A DNA stretch of 64,000 nt from Paraspadella gotoi (Eukaryota > Animalia > Chaetognatha): NCBI GenBank assembly GCA_051294375.1, contig CM119264.1, positions 4,303,392 through 4,367,391 on the forward strand, read 5' to 3'. Under the pieces are notes generated by a model. It was not told where the DNA came from and searched no databases. It was given only the letters and a program-made list of their open reading frames with translations. Positions 63,601 to 64,000 of this stretch are shown piece by piece. Numbering within the stretch: the first letter of the stretch is position 1; every line of letters starts with the position of its first letter. The position numbers were made by a program, and so were the translations under genes.

Positions 63601-64000
63601 AATAGTTTCAAAAATTATTTGTACTTTATTTATAATTATTTCTACCATATTAACACTAACACCAACAGTTCAGTTTAATCCGTAGCTAGCGATTTACATG
63701 TATTGGCGCAGCCACTGGTTTGGTATGGTACGATCTGTAATGATCAATTAGGATCACAAAATGAAACTATTATCGTAATTTATAATATGATTAGCTAATT
63801 ACCTTTTAATTATCGTAGGCAGATCTGACATTGTTTGCTCAAACTAGTTTTCACTCATTCTTTCTTTTTTCTGACTCTCTTTCTTTCTCTTTTATTTCCT
63901 TTCTTTGACTTTACTTTATTTTACTTTACTTTACTTTCGTACTTTTTTTTTCTTTTCTATTATGTTTTCTTTTGTTTGCTATTTCGTTCGAGCGAAATTC

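Overview
Eukaryotic, probably invertebrate animal, genomic DNA. It is extremely rich in microsatellites ((TC)n, (GAC)n, (GAT)n, (TTTTC)n) and partly built from uncorrected, indel-rich long-read sequence; several near-duplicated blocks abut 25-N gaps, which suggests gap-filling artefacts. Most listed ORFs are low-complexity noise. Three coding systems are supportable. (1) The 5' half of a spliced M14A metallocarboxypeptidase gene on the minus strand (1.2-10.6 kb; exons 2-6 present twice), with an unusually long multi-exon linker after the activation peptide. (2) A near full-length Penelope-like retroelement (17.9-21.8 kb) with RT, GIY-YIG, inverted and direct pseudo-LTRs carrying hammerhead ribozyme cores, and a 41-bp flanking duplication. 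(3) The main find, invisible in the ORF track: a ~12-kb microsatellite-free insertion (48.8-60.8 kb) encoding a very large, divergent, intron-containing, virus-like family B DNA polymerase. Its ~740-bp terminal direct repeat lies inside the polymerase coding sequence, so the gene is circularly permuted, as if slightly more than one turn of an ~11.2-kb circle or concatemer had been inserted. An apparently empty version of the same site is also in the window. All motif calls were read by eye across frameshifts and need computational confirmation.
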